A program made the position numbers and the translations under genes. The notes below the pieces were generated by a model that saw nothing but the letters and a program-made list of their open reading frames with translations, was not told where the DNA came from and did no database searches. Positions 17,101 through 26,790 of a stretch of DNA of 64,000 bases are shown here, piece after piece. Numbering within the stretch: the first letter of the stretch is position 1; each line of letters begins with the position of its first letter. The stretch is taken from positions 32,106 through 96,105 of the forward strand of contig JBBTRH010000013.1 in assembly GCA_038065275.1 (NCBI GenBank), given 5' to 3'. Source of the stretch: Patescibacteria group bacterium (GTDB lineage: Bacteria > Patescibacteriota > Patescibacteriia > SBBC01 > CAIJZX01).

Positions 17101-19899
17101 TTACCGTTTTAAAATCTCCCCCAAGCGCTTAATGGCTTCGCCGTAAGCCGCCCAATCCCCGTCACGTTGAGCCTGGAGCGCTTCCTCATAGACTTCGTTC
17201 GCCCGTTTTAACTCTTGAGCATCCGGGGAAGATCCGGACGGCGTGACGGCCGCCGGCTTAGTCGGATCAGCTGGCTTGGCTGAAGCACCGAACAGTTTCG
17301 ACAGACCCAGTTCCAATGTAGCCTCCATGGCGATTCTGTTTTCGTAGGCCACGATCACCCGTTTCAACTCGGGGATTTTTCCGGCATCGGCTTTCAGGTA
17401 GAGCGGTCGGACATACAGCAGGGATTCCTCGATCGGAATGACTAGCAATGGTCCCTGTATGACCTGCGACCCGCCTTGATCCCAGAGCGAAATCTGTTGG
17501 CTGATGGCCGGATCCTGGTTGATGCGGCCGATCACCTGCTTCGGTCCGAACACCAACTTGTCTTTCGGAAAACGGTAGATGACTACCTGGCCGTAGTTCT
17601 GCCCATCACTGCGGGCGACCATCCAGGCGGACAGGTTGTCTTTGCCCCGTGGCGTGAACGGCAACATCAAGATGAATTCTTCCTGCTTCTCGCCCGGTAG
17701 CTTCATGATGATGTGCCGCGGCGACATGCCGGACGCGGAGTTGGCCGACGCTCCTTCGCCTTCCGACGGAATCGCCGGAATCTCCCACTGGTCCTCTTTG
17801 TTGTAGAACACCTGCGGATCGTCCATGTGGTAGATCGAGTACATCGCCGTCTGCAAGGAAAAAATGTCCTCCGGATAGCGCAGGTGCGCCGCCAAGCTCG
17901 GCGGAATTTCGGACAGCGGTCGGAAGACGTTGGGGAAAATCTTGGCGAAGGTGTTGATGACCGGATCCGCCGCGTCGGCCTGGTAGAGGGTGACGCGACC
18001 GTCATACGCGTCAACCACCACCTTGACGGAGTTCCGGACGTAGTTGACGCTCCGGCCGTTCAACAGCGACGGCTGGGCGTACGGGTAGCGGTTGCTGGTC
18101 GTATAGGCGTCGGCGATCCAGTACACCTTGCCGTCGGCGATGACGATGTACGGATCGCGGTCAAAGGTCAGGAACGGCGCGATTTTCGCCACCCGTTCCC
18201 GAATCTGGCGGTAGTAAAGAATGCGGCTGGCGCTGTTCACGTCATTGGACAGGAGCAGTTTCAGCGATTGCCAACGTAGCGCGAACAGCGCCCGCTTGAG
18301 GAAGGAGTCGATCTTGACGCCGCCTTGGCCGGCGTAGGTCGCATACACGTTTTCCTCGCCCTTGGGATAATCAAACTCACGCGATTTCGTGTTGGTGATG
18401 ACGTAGTCGTTCGCCAACGCGCCGTAGTAAATCTCCGGACGCGTCACCTCCAGCTCCTTAACGTCGGACTTGGGGGGTATATCCTTGACGAACAAGACGG
18501 GCAGGCCTTCCGGCGTGACCTGATTGACCGGACCGGCCGCGACGCCGTACCCATGCGTGAAGGTCAGTCGTTCGTTGATCCAGTTCTTGTTCGGCAGACT
18601 GTCCGCCGCCAACTCGCGCGGCGATAACATGATTTGACGGATTTTCCCGTCCACCATGTAGCGGTCGTTATCGACTTCGGTGAACTCGTAGTAGGTGCGA
18701 ATTTCCTGAATCTGCGAGAAGGTCGAGAGTAGCGGCTGGCGATCCCACAGGCGGACATTCTTAACCGTCAGATCGTTGGCCGCGATATCGGCCGCGGTGA
18801 TCGGTTTGTCCCCCGAGATATCCCGCTCCTCGATTTTATCCAGGGCGTAGGCCTGACGCGTGGCGGCGATATTCCGCTTGATGTAGGGAGTTTCCTTGAC
18901 CAGCTCGTTCGGGTCGACCATCAGTTTTTGGACCGCCAGCGGAATCAGTCCGGACGCGATACCGACGATTAGATACAGCCCGATGGCCGTCATCAACGGC
19001 AACGCCTTCCCCCGCACCGCCCAGATCGCCGCCGCGACCGCCGCCAGGGCGGCCGTCGCGACCGATGCCCACATCATCGGGATGCGAACCGTAACGTCCG
19101 TGAACCCGGCCCCAGCCACTAGACCGGCTTGGTTCGTAAGCAACCGAAAGAGCGACAGATACGCTCCGGCCGCGACCGTAGCCATGAACAACGCCAGCAA
19201 GATGCCGAGATGAGTTTTCACCCGCCCGGTCAGTTTCAACTGCTTGAGCGCCCGCAGTCCCGGTCTATTGGCGGAGCCAGATCCGGCCTGTCCCGTACCT
19301 TCTTGGTGCGGGGCTACGCCGGAAAAATTCAGACTGCCCCGCAAGACATAGACCAAGATACAACCGATCATAGTCAGCGCAATCAGCGTCTTGATCAAAC
19401 TCAGTCCGGCTTGCCAGACGGGTAACGTGAATATATAGAAACCGATGTCCTGATTGAAGGCCGGATCGGCGGTACCGAAACTCGTCCGCGCCAGGAAGCT
19501 CAGCACCGCCTGCCAGTTGGCCGCCGCCACCAGTCCGAAGACAAGCGCGATCGCGACGCTGATGACCGCCATGAACTTTCTGACCACCCGCTGGTCAACG
19601 CTCGCCGGCTTGCCGAATAACGACGCCGGCAGGGTCAGCATCCACGGCGTAGTTGAGCGCATCGCCACCGAGAAATTGGCGAGCAACCAGGCTGTCACCA
19701 CGACCGTGGTCCCCGCCACCAGCAGTATTTTTGCGACCAGGGAGGTGACGAAAATTTGCGTGTAGCCGACTTCGGAGAACCACCACCAGTCGGTCACGAT
19801 GGAAGCCGCGTTCGAAAAAACTATCAGTATCACAAACGCGACAAGAATAAGCCTACGAATGGGGTATTTTTTTCTGGTTGTAGACACTACAGGGGGCAT
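17101..19899 (-). CDS. UPF0182 family large membrane protein (ORF could extend to 19989)
   Basis: About 930 aa. N-terminal multi-TM region with WWWFSEVGY, a large extracytoplasmic domain and acidic C-terminal tail, as in UPF0182 proteins. Confidence 0.65.
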   Translation of the reverse strand: MPPVVSTTRKKYPIRRLILVAFVILIVFSNAASIVTDWWWFSEVGYTQIFVTSLVAKILLVAGTTVVVTAWLLANFSVAMRSTTPWMLTLPASLFGKPASVDQRVVRKFMAVISVAIALVFGLVAAANWQAVLSFLARTSFGTADPAFNQDIGFYIFTLPVWQAGLSLIKTLIALTMIGCILVYVLRGSLNFSGVAPHQEGTGQAGSGSANRPGLRALKQLKLTGRVKTHLGILLALFMATVAAGAYLSLFRLLTNQAGLVAGAGFTDVTVRIPMMWASVATAALAAVAAAIWAVRGKALPLMTAIGLYLIVGIASGLIPLAVQKLMVDPNELVKETPYIKRNIAATRQAYALDKIEERDISGDKPITAADIAANDLTVKNVRLWDRQPLLSTFSQIQEIRTYYEFTEVDNDRYMVDGKIRQIMLSPRELAADSLPNKNWINERLTFTHGYGVAAGPVNQVTPEGLPVLFVKDIPPKSDVKELEVTRPEIYYGALANDYVITNTKSREFDYPKGEENVYATYAGQGGVKIDSFLKRALFALRWQSLKLLLSNDVNSASRILYYRQIRERVAKIAPFLTFDRDPYIVIADGKVYWIADAYTTSNRYPYAQPSLLNGRSVNYVRNSVKVVVDAYDGRVTLYQADAADPVINTFAKIFPNVFRPLSEIPPSLAAHLRYPEDIFSLQTAMYSIYHMDDPQVFYNKEDQWEIPAIPSEGEGASANSASGMSPRHIIMKLPGEKQEEFILMLPFTPRGKDNLSAWMVARSDGQNYGQVVIYRFPKDKLVFGPKQVIGRINQDPAISQQISLWDQGGSQVIQGPLLVIPIEESLLYVRPLYLKADAGKIPELKRVIVAYENRIAMEATLELGLSKLFGASAKPADPTKPAAVTPSGSSPDAQELKRANEVYEEALQAQRDGDWAAYGEAIKRLGEILKR

Positions 19900-20059
19900 A
19901 CTGCTGGCCACCGTTACATCCAGGCGGAATGTGAGCCGATGCGATGAGGGTGGCGTCCCGATGATACCAACAATCAGACCGGCAGGCAAGCTCGGGATGC
20001 TCAGGGGTTTAGATTCGAGTCCCGAGCCTTACCCGCCGGCCAAACGGGCTAACGCGAAC

Positions 20060-20707
20060 CTATGTTTTTAACTTGAAGCTCCTGGCCACTTCGTAGAACT
20101 TATCTTTGTACCCGACCCACTTCTCAGTAGTGGTATTAAACGACACAACGTAGTACTTTCCGTCCGCCAAATAGACGGCCATCAAAACCGTGTACGCTAC
20201 GTCCTGCTGGCTCAACTCCATGGCCGCGAACTTGGCCGGCAGTCCGTTGACAGTTTCATTGCTGGCGGCGAAGGTTTTAGCCGAGGGAATTGACGAGGTG
20301 ATGCCGTTGACCGTCGTCTGGTAGACCTGGTCGAGCGTCTTGCCGTTCGCATTGTCGAACGATACCGCGATGTAGGATTTGAAATTGATCTTGGCGGCGG
20401 CGCTACCGGCGGCGTGTGATTCTTTCAAATTTTGGAACGAGGCCAACGTGCCGGGTATCTGGCCCTGGACCCACCCGGCTGGCTGGATGACGGAAAAATC
20501 ATCGCTGACGTACAGGCTGTCGGCCGCAGTATCGGCGTTGACGTTAGCATTCACCGTAGCATTCGTCACGTTAGCGTCGTTGACCGTCTTCGTGTCAGTA
20601 GAATTTCGGGTGAACCAATAAATCCCGAATCCGGCGATGACCGCCATCACGACAACAACGACCGTCAGTATGGCGACGTTGGGTTTTTTCACTGCTGGCT
20701 GGTCCAT
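20060..20707 (-). CDS. membrane-anchored hypothetical protein (possible PsbP-like/DUF1795 fold)
   Basis: Single N-terminal TM. Asn/Thr-rich linker followed by a globular domain. Weak resemblance only. Confidence 0.35.
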   Translation of the reverse strand: MDQPAVKKPNVAILTVVVVVMAVIAGFGIYWFTRNSTDTKTVNDANVTNATVNANVNADTAADSLYVSDDFSVIQPAGWVQGQIPGTLASFQNLKESHAAGSAAAKINFKSYIAVSFDNANGKTLDQVYQTTVNGITSSIPSAKTFAASNETVNGLPAKFAAMELSQQDVAYTVLMAVYLADGKYYVVSFNTTTEKWVGYKDKFYEVARSFKLKT

Positions 20708-20727
20708 GTGTTTTTCTTAATCTTGGT

Positions 20728-21054
20728 CTACCATTTGTGTGACTTGTAGGAGGGTGCGCCGTACGAAGGTGTCTTGTAACTCGGCAGCTTGTAGGTCGGC
20801 GCCGAATACTTTGGTACGGCGTACTTGTACGGATTCACGGTACCAATGTTGCCGGTGTATGGGTTATAATTACCCCTCGTTGAGTAGTTATCGAATTTCG
20901 TACTGTTTGGAATGGTCCGGTAGTAGCCTTGGACATAGGCTCCATTGCTTTTTGTGTATCCTTTGACATAAGAGGGTGCCGCCTGAGCAAAAAACGGGGT
21001 TGACAAGCCAAAAAGCACGACCGTTGTGAGAAGAGGAAAAAATAACTTTTTCAT
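20728..21054 (-). CDS. small secreted Tyr-rich protein with P(S/T)YK repeats
   Basis: Clear signal peptide (MKKLFFPLLTTVVLFGLSTPFFAQA). C-terminal repeats KYSAPTYKLPSYKTPSYGAPSYK. Confidence 0.5.
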   Translation of the reverse strand: MKKLFFPLLTTVVLFGLSTPFFAQAAPSYVKGYTKSNGAYVQGYYRTIPNSTKFDNYSTRGNYNPYTGNIGTVNPYKYAVPKYSAPTYKLPSYKTPSYGAPSYKSHKW

Positions 21055-21102
21055 AGGCCACCAATCAGTTGTCCATGGTTTAGACTACTCTTGATTCGCT
21101 AA

Positions 21103-21519
21103 AAAAGCAAACGAGGCCCACCGCTCCGGAGGTCGCCCCGCACCACCCGTCGCTACGTCTACTACAACTGCACGCAAGCTCGCGCCATTGATTGCGGAGA
21201 ACCGTACATCCGCGAAGAAGAACTAGTGGCGGAACTACTCAGAACGGTAGACAAGTTGCCGCTCAACCAGATCACCGCTCGGGAAAAATTACAACAGGAG
21301 ATGGAGCGGTTCCGGCGGTTTACCGAGAGCGTCCTGGGCGACCAACTGGCGAAGACCAAGATCGGCCATATCGATCTACGGAGCTTTGCTAAATACATTC
21401 TCCAAGAGGGATCACGGGAAGAAAAGCGTGAACTGCTGTCCTGCCTGAAAACCAAACTGTTTCTCAAGGACCGCCACATTCTGACCGAGCTCCCGAAGGC
21501 CGAAAAAACCTTGCAATAA
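21103..21519 (+). pseudogene. 3' fragment of a large serine recombinase gene (zinc-ribbon plus coiled-coil C-terminal region only)
   Basis: Translation gives ...RRYVYYNCTQARAIDCGEPY..., the recombinase zinc beta-ribbon, followed by a coiled-coil tail. No N-terminal catalytic domain. Preceded by an in-frame stop at 21100. Marks the left edge of the low-GC island. Confidence 0.5.
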
Positions 21520-21802
21520 TCACTAATTTACACTAAACTATGACTTAGTTCGACGCTTTTTCTAACGCATCTCTAGCTCGAACGTTCTTTCTCCACACTA
21601 ATTGCCTAAACCGTTCTTCGGAACGGCATGGCATCACAATAACCCTGCAAGGTATAGAGCTCCTAGTCAGAGCATCCTTGCAGGGTCATGCGCCGAAAGG
21701 TGTATGGGTGGTCGTAAGGCCATCGCTGGCTAGGGGCTTTGTGTATATACGCACGATACACAAAAACCCTTCCATGATCACCTATCAGAAAGGGAATTCT
21801 CT

Positions 21803-22132
21803 ATGGCTCTTATAAAATGTCCTGAATGCGGTACTGAAGTTTCAGACAAGGCGCTCCAGTGCCCGAAGTGCTCCTATCCGATCTCTACCGCACCATCTCA
21901 ACAGACTCCGGAAGATATCCAGACCATCCAGCAAACAAGCAAGCGATTAAAGAAACAAATCATCATTGCCATTGTGCTTATTATTGGCGGCATTATTTTA
22001 ATATCAACTGGCGCAAACGCAGATAAGGAAGCAACCAGGGCGCTACTGTTCACATTCGGCACACTAGCCGCCCTGCTCGGAGCCATCTGGTATATCATCG
22101 TCCGTATCAGGATTTGGTGGAATCACCGGTAA
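21803..22132 (+). CDS. zinc-ribbon (CPECG...CPKC) membrane protein with two TM helices
   Basis: N-terminal CxxC-x14-CxxC, then two hydrophobic helices. First gene of the low-GC island. Confidence 0.5.
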   Translation: MALIKCPECGTEVSDKALQCPKCSYPISTAPSQQTPEDIQTIQQTSKRLKKQIIIAIVLIIGGIILISTGANADKEATRALLFTFGTLAALLGAIWYIIVRIRIWWNHR

Positions 22133-22163
22133 TAAATATATCAACGGTAATTCACACGCGAAC

Positions 22164-22778
22164 GTGAATCCCCAAGGAAAGGCGCAACAATGGCTTGAAC
22201 CGGTACTGGACCAGGCGGCCAGAGTTTTGGTAAAGAACATCCTAAATGATCCAAAGCATCCGCGGTACATCACAGAGCGAGAAGCTGAATTGATCCATCG
22301 AGGCGTCGAGCAAGGAATCATCCAGATCGAGGGGAACATCTTCCGCCTGCCAACCACCAACAAAGGACGATATGACGCATTCACTCTGAACCGTGAGTAC
22401 TTCGTGCAGTTTGCGACCCTCGTTGACCTTATCACCGAACACGGCTACCCAGCTTCTGATTGCCGGTTTGAATACCACTTGATGGATATCTGCGTCTTTA
22501 AAGGTGGCCAGCCCTACATTTACATTGAAACGAAGGTCGGCGACCAGTCTTCGAAGAAGCTGATCGAGGAAATGACCAATACCTACGCGAGCCAGCTGGT
22601 GTCGTTCTTGGACAAACCGGATCGTGGGATCGATGCTTTGCGCAAAGCCAAGTACATATTTCGTGATCGTCCAAAATACTTCGGGGTGATCAACCCCAGC
22701 ATGAGATACTTCTACGAAGTGCATTATACCGAGACTGGTTTTTCCTTAGAAACCATTTCCGATCTTCCGAAAAACTAA
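22164..22778 (+). CDS. hypothetical protein
   Basis: 204 aa ORF in the low-GC island. No motif recognised. Confidence 0.4.
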   Translation: MNPQGKAQQWLEPVLDQAARVLVKNILNDPKHPRYITEREAELIHRGVEQGIIQIEGNIFRLPTTNKGRYDAFTLNREYFVQFATLVDLITEHGYPASDCRFEYHLMDICVFKGGQPYIYIETKVGDQSSKKLIEEMTNTYASQLVSFLDKPDRGIDALRKAKYIFRDRPKYFGVINPSMRYFYEVHYTETGFSLETISDLPKN

Positions 22779-22824
22779 CGGGGCAATAACTGAGGAAGAT
22801 ATCGTCTTCGTCTGGGCATATTCT

Positions 22825-23583
22825 TTATTTATTCTCCACGTTGTTCACCGCATCTCGATAGGCGCAATAATCACAATCCTCTCCAGCTGGCGGGATGGCT
22901 TTGCTATTTAAACAGGCATGGGCGTCAATAATGGCTTGCTCGACCCACGAATCATCGCCTTCGTAGGGTATGACCTTAATATCGAATTCCAGTTTCCCAT
23001 CGAATGCTTCGGCATCGCTATTACCATTGCAGTAAACGAAATATCCCGTATTAGAAACCTTGAACCCATTACGGCGAAATAGCCACTGGTAGACTTCCAT
23101 CTGCCGCTTGTACCCGATCTGCCAATCGGCATCAAGATTGACCTCGTCCTTCTTTGAGGTAGCCTTATAGTCGACGATGATCAGCTCTCCATTCGGACGA
23201 ACCCACAGGTCGTCTACTCCGCCAGTAATCTTGAAATTGGTATCGGCATGATGATATGTTACGCCCCGTCGTAACGAGTCCCGCCATTCATCGATTTTCT
23301 CATGTGCCAGCGGGATAGCATCGATCTTATACTTCTTTTGTAAAGGATGCTTTGTGCCCTTAGCGCGGTGGATATCAAATTCCCGCTTAAGAAGTTCATC
23401 AACGGCAGAATTGAGCGAAAACGGGTACCCTGGCGGTTGAGCTATCCCAAGTCGTCGATCTAAGTAGAAACATCGTGGACAGTTCAGGAAGAGGTCTATC
23501 TTTGAGCGACTGAGTCGAAACGGTTCGGTACTGGCCGGATCGTAGAGATTCTTGACTCTTTGTGGGGTGTAGTATTTGGACAC
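22825..23583 (-). CDS. Cas4/RecB-like PD-(D/E)xK nuclease with predicted 4Fe-4S cluster (no CRISPR locus nearby)
   Basis: N-terminal CPRC. Nuclease motifs GGVDDLWV (D) and IIVDYK (DxK). QMEVY (QxxxY). C-terminal C-x12-CDYC cysteine triad. Confidence 0.6.
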   Translation of the reverse strand: MSKYYTPQRVKNLYDPASTEPFRLSRSKIDLFLNCPRCFYLDRRLGIAQPPGYPFSLNSAVDELLKREFDIHRAKGTKHPLQKKYKIDAIPLAHEKIDEWRDSLRRGVTYHHADTNFKITGGVDDLWVRPNGELIIVDYKATSKKDEVNLDADWQIGYKRQMEVYQWLFRRNGFKVSNTGYFVYCNGNSDAEAFDGKLEFDIKVIPYEGDDSWVEQAIIDAHACLNSKAIPPAGEDCDYCAYRDAVNNVENK

Positions 23584-23662
23584 GTTCGTTAGATTTGCAT
23601 TATCGTTTCTGGTTCCATCGGTTATCTAAATTTCGCCTTCGAAGATGAGGATTTTGGGCATG

Positions 23663-23968
23663 TTATCGTTGCCACCACCGAATAAACTTTCCGATAAGCC
23701 AAACGAAGCCACCAAACACAGACAAACTAAAGCCCTCCGCATAACGCGCACTTTGAAAGCTTAGGTTTGTTTTGTCGGATCCCATAAAATACAATCCCGA
23801 GAAAGCAATTAATGCACCAATAATCATTACAATTTTCCCAAATTTGCTACTCGAAGTTGAAACAGAAGTCCGACCACGAAAGAATAAACTGATAATAAAA
23901 AATATCCCGCTAATAACTAGGCCTTGGAAAAAACTTTTATCAAAGAAATCCATACTATTCGCTTTCAA
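23663..23968 (-). CDS. small membrane protein (2-3 TM)
   Basis: 101 aa hydrophobic ORF downstream of hsdS. Overlaps the hsdS end by 14 nt. Confidence 0.35.
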   Translation of the reverse strand: MKANSMDFFDKSFFQGLVISGIFFIISLFFRGRTSVSTSSSKFGKIVMIIGALIAFSGLYFMGSDKTNLSFQSARYAEGFSLSVFGGFVWLIGKFIRWWQR

Positions 23969-25031
23969 ACTCCTCTCTCAAAATTCCCCGCTTCAACGCC
24001 GTAAAATCCGCCGCCTGCTTCGCCTGCAATTCCTGAAGTGCGCGGGATTTTTCGGAAAGCGCATCAAGCTTTTCAACAATCATTTTTTGTTCTACAAGGG
24101 AAGGAAGCGGAATATCCAATTTTGAATATTGTGAAATCCAATAACGTTTATGTGAAGAGTGATCTAGGTTAATAGTTTGCATCAAGTAAAACAAATACCT
24201 TGTATCTGCAACCTCCCTCTTGGCATGTAATATTTTCATTGCTGACGATTTTACCTTGAATGGAAAATCTACGTATTGGATTGCTGTAGTAAAGTCATCA
24301 AATATTATTACCGGCAGCTTTTCTTTTGGAAAGATATTTTCTGTTTCATTTGTGTTTCCTAAAATAAAAGTTTTGCCCGCGGTCAACACCGGCGTTTTAA
24401 ACGAATCAATGTAATTTTTGGAACGGACTATGTATTTGCCTGGTTGTTCATAATCTAAGGCATCCTCCAGTTTTATTTTCTGCCACCCCTTCTCTTCTCC
24501 CTCCTCAAACACCCCATGCAATGCCGCGGGCAACAGTTGCGCGGCAAGTCTCGCCGACTCCGCACGAAGTCGGGATGTTTCGTCAATTTTTGCAAATTGC
24601 TGTTCTATTTTCGCGACGATCTTCTTTTGTTCGACGAGGGGTGGGACTTTGACTTCCAAATTTGAATATTCTGAAATCCAGTAACGTTTATGGGTTGCAT
24701 GATTAACATGCAACGTCTGCAATAACAAATAGAAGTATTTAGGATCCGCAATGCCCTCTTTCGGGTGTAGAATCTTCATTGCCGAAGATTTTACCTTGAA
24801 TTGAAAGGTGACAAATTTAGTCGCGGTGGTGAAATCATCAAAGATAATTACTGGCAGCCTCTCGGAGGGAAATATATTGTCCTTTTCGGCAGTATTCCCT
24901 AAAACAAAAGTTTTTCCAGCCGTTAGCACAGGAGTTTGATAATCCTTATTGTAGTGCTTAGTTTTTACGATATACTTTGTAGGCTGCTCGTAATCTAGCA
25001 CTTCACCGAGTTTTTTTGTGGGGTAGGTCAT
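23955..25031 (-). CDS. hsdS: type I restriction-modification specificity subunit HsdS
   Basis: Two duplicated target-recognition halves (YEQPxKYIVxxKxY...VLTAGKTFxLGNT...LPVIIFDDFTTA repeated) separated by a coiled-coil spacer. Confidence 0.85.
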   Translation of the reverse strand: MTYPTKKLGEVLDYEQPTKYIVKTKHYNKDYQTPVLTAGKTFVLGNTAEKDNIFPSERLPVIIFDDFTTATKFVTFQFKVKSSAMKILHPKEGIADPKYFYLLLQTLHVNHATHKRYWISEYSNLEVKVPPLVEQKKIVAKIEQQFAKIDETSRLRAESARLAAQLLPAALHGVFEEGEEKGWQKIKLEDALDYEQPGKYIVRSKNYIDSFKTPVLTAGKTFILGNTNETENIFPKEKLPVIIFDDFTTAIQYVDFPFKVKSSAMKILHAKREVADTRYLFYLMQTINLDHSSHKRYWISQYSKLDIPLPSLVEQKMIVEKLDALSEKSRALQELQAKQAADFTALKRGILREEFESE

Positions 25032-25952
25032 TTATTCGTCGTCTTTTTGGTACTTGATACGATTTTCATTTTTTTTAATTAGGTGTAAACATGCCAACAA
25101 GGTCGCATAGTAAAAGTAAAACATCCAACTAAGCCAAACCGTCTTATCATAATTTGTTTTCTGTTGCTTATTGGCGTGACGAATTCCAAAGTTGTTAGCT
25201 ATATTAAATAGATCGCTTTCATCCTTTGAGTTAAGAACTTTTTCAATTTTTGGTTTTAAGTGCTCAAAACAATCAGCAAGAGCACGGATCGCATCCTCTC
25301 GGTCACTTATTGTTGAGCCATATTTTCTAAATTTGTTTGCCGCATGTTCCATTTTTTCCCTTACCGTTACGTCGCCTGTGGGGACCGGCGATTCAGAAAT
25401 ATTTCGTAAGTGGGATGGTAACAAAGTCAATATTTCACCTTTTGTACTTAGCTCAAAACCGTCTCCATAGTCGTTAAGGAATTGGTTTATCTCTTGAGCA
25501 AATTCAATGGGGCCTAATCCCAAATCATCAAAACGTGTATAGTGCCAACCACAACTATTCCAATTATGGTAAGTGGCGCCTTGTTCAAGGGGTAATGAAA
25601 TATGATCAAAAAAGAATTCGATAATATCGAACAAATCATCTTCGGAATATCCCTTATACTTCTCCGAAAACGGCCAAACATTTGCCCTCCGAAGCCTACG
25701 AAGTACATATCCTTCGATATTTGTTCCGACTTTCCCTGGAATATCCCCGTCTGTACAGTTAGTGCCAAGGAATTCCTGAAAGTACCCTCGCGTTGAAAAG
25801 TCTTGCCAAATACTAAAAACAATTTCTTTCAAAGAATCGAGAGAGATTTTTTGTGAGTGGTCTTTTCTTAAAGAATAGTATTTTCTTGCCACAATGGTGA
25901 TGCTATGGATTGCAATACTTTTTGTAGAGCTTACGGGTAGTAACCACAGCAC
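25032..25952 (-). CDS. uncharacterised protein nested in the type I R-M operon (candidate defence/Abi component; REKMEH resembles an HEPN Rx4H motif)
   Basis: 306 aa. Start abuts the hsdS start (25031/25032). No known domain recognised. Confidence 0.45.
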   Translation of the reverse strand: MLWLLPVSSTKSIAIHSITIVARKYYSLRKDHSQKISLDSLKEIVFSIWQDFSTRGYFQEFLGTNCTDGDIPGKVGTNIEGYVLRRLRRANVWPFSEKYKGYSEDDLFDIIEFFFDHISLPLEQGATYHNWNSCGWHYTRFDDLGLGPIEFAQEINQFLNDYGDGFELSTKGEILTLLPSHLRNISESPVPTGDVTVREKMEHAANKFRKYGSTISDREDAIRALADCFEHLKPKIEKVLNSKDESDLFNIANNFGIRHANKQQKTNYDKTVWLSWMFYFYYATLLACLHLIKKNENRIKYQKDDE

Positions 25953-26790
25953 TCTCCACTTTGAGACTTTTTAGATAATCTTCGCTTGGAATCTTATAGT
26001 CTTTGTGCACAAACTTATTTGCCTCCACTCTTATTTGTTCGATATCATCGCATACCTGTTCAAGAAGTTCTTTGTCCTCGTGAAAGTCTGTAGATTTTGA
26101 TCGTATATTTGACAGAAGTAATTCGAGTCCACGATAACGGCCTTTGTTTTTATCATACCAAATTTCATGATTACCTTGATTGTACGAGCCATTAACGATC
26201 TTCGGAAATACAATTTCGCAAATTCTAACCACCAACGCCTCTAACAATTTTCGACTAAGTATTATTACTGCGAGCAGCTGTCCATTTAAATAGGACTCAT
26301 TAATCTCTTTGCGAATATAATCAAGAAACAAATCATTAAAATCATATGGAAGGTAGTCCGGCCCAACAAAATCTTCTTCAATTTCTAGAACTGATAATTT
26401 TTTACTTGCATTATCGAAATTAACACCCGTTGCCCGAAGAAGGTTAACTATTAATTGATGCCAGTTTTTAATGTACTCGCCATAATAGTTCCATCCATCG
26501 TTTCGGGTACCGATTATTTTTGAGTCAAAAACAATTTCTTGAAGTATTGGGAGGTATTTGTATGAAGGAACCGTTTGCATGAAGTTAGCAAAATCATAAT
26601 TTGGTTCACTCATGAAGGAGTACAATGGAATACTATATGGCGATCCTCCTGCAGCTAGTTCTGAATACTTTCCACTGTTGTATTCTATCCCGAACTTCTT
26701 GAGAAAAATTTTAAAGTCTTCCGCACTATAGCAGTGTATGTATAATCGCTCAGCGTACACCCAGATCTCTTGGTTGAGTTTAAGACTCAT
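25903..26790 (-). CDS. uncharacterised protein nested in the type I R-M operon (candidate defence/Abi component; DUF4145/HEPN-like is possible)
   Basis: 295 aa. Start overlaps the hsdM stop (ATGA, 26787-26790). C-terminal helical region with RVEANKFVH. Confidence 0.45.
   Translation of the reverse strand: MSLKLNQEIWVYAERLYIHCYSAEDFKIFLKKFGIEYNSGKYSELAAGGSPYSIPLYSFMSEPNYDFANFMQTVPSYKYLPILQEIVFDSKIIGTRNDGWNYYGEYIKNWHQLIVNLLRATGVNFDNASKKLSVLEIEEDFVGPDYLPYDFNDLFLDYIRKEINESYLNGQLLAVIILSRKLLEALVVRICEIVFPKIVNGSYNQGNHEIWYDKNKGRYRGLELLLSNIRSKSTDFHEDKELLEQVCDDIEQIRVEANKFVHKDYKIPSEDYLKSLKVESAVVTTRKLYKKYCNP

Noticed and set aside
22771-22790. CTAACGGGGCA half-site after ORF 22164..22778
   Set aside because: No inverted partner within 150 nt. 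It is an 11-mer match only and probably chance.
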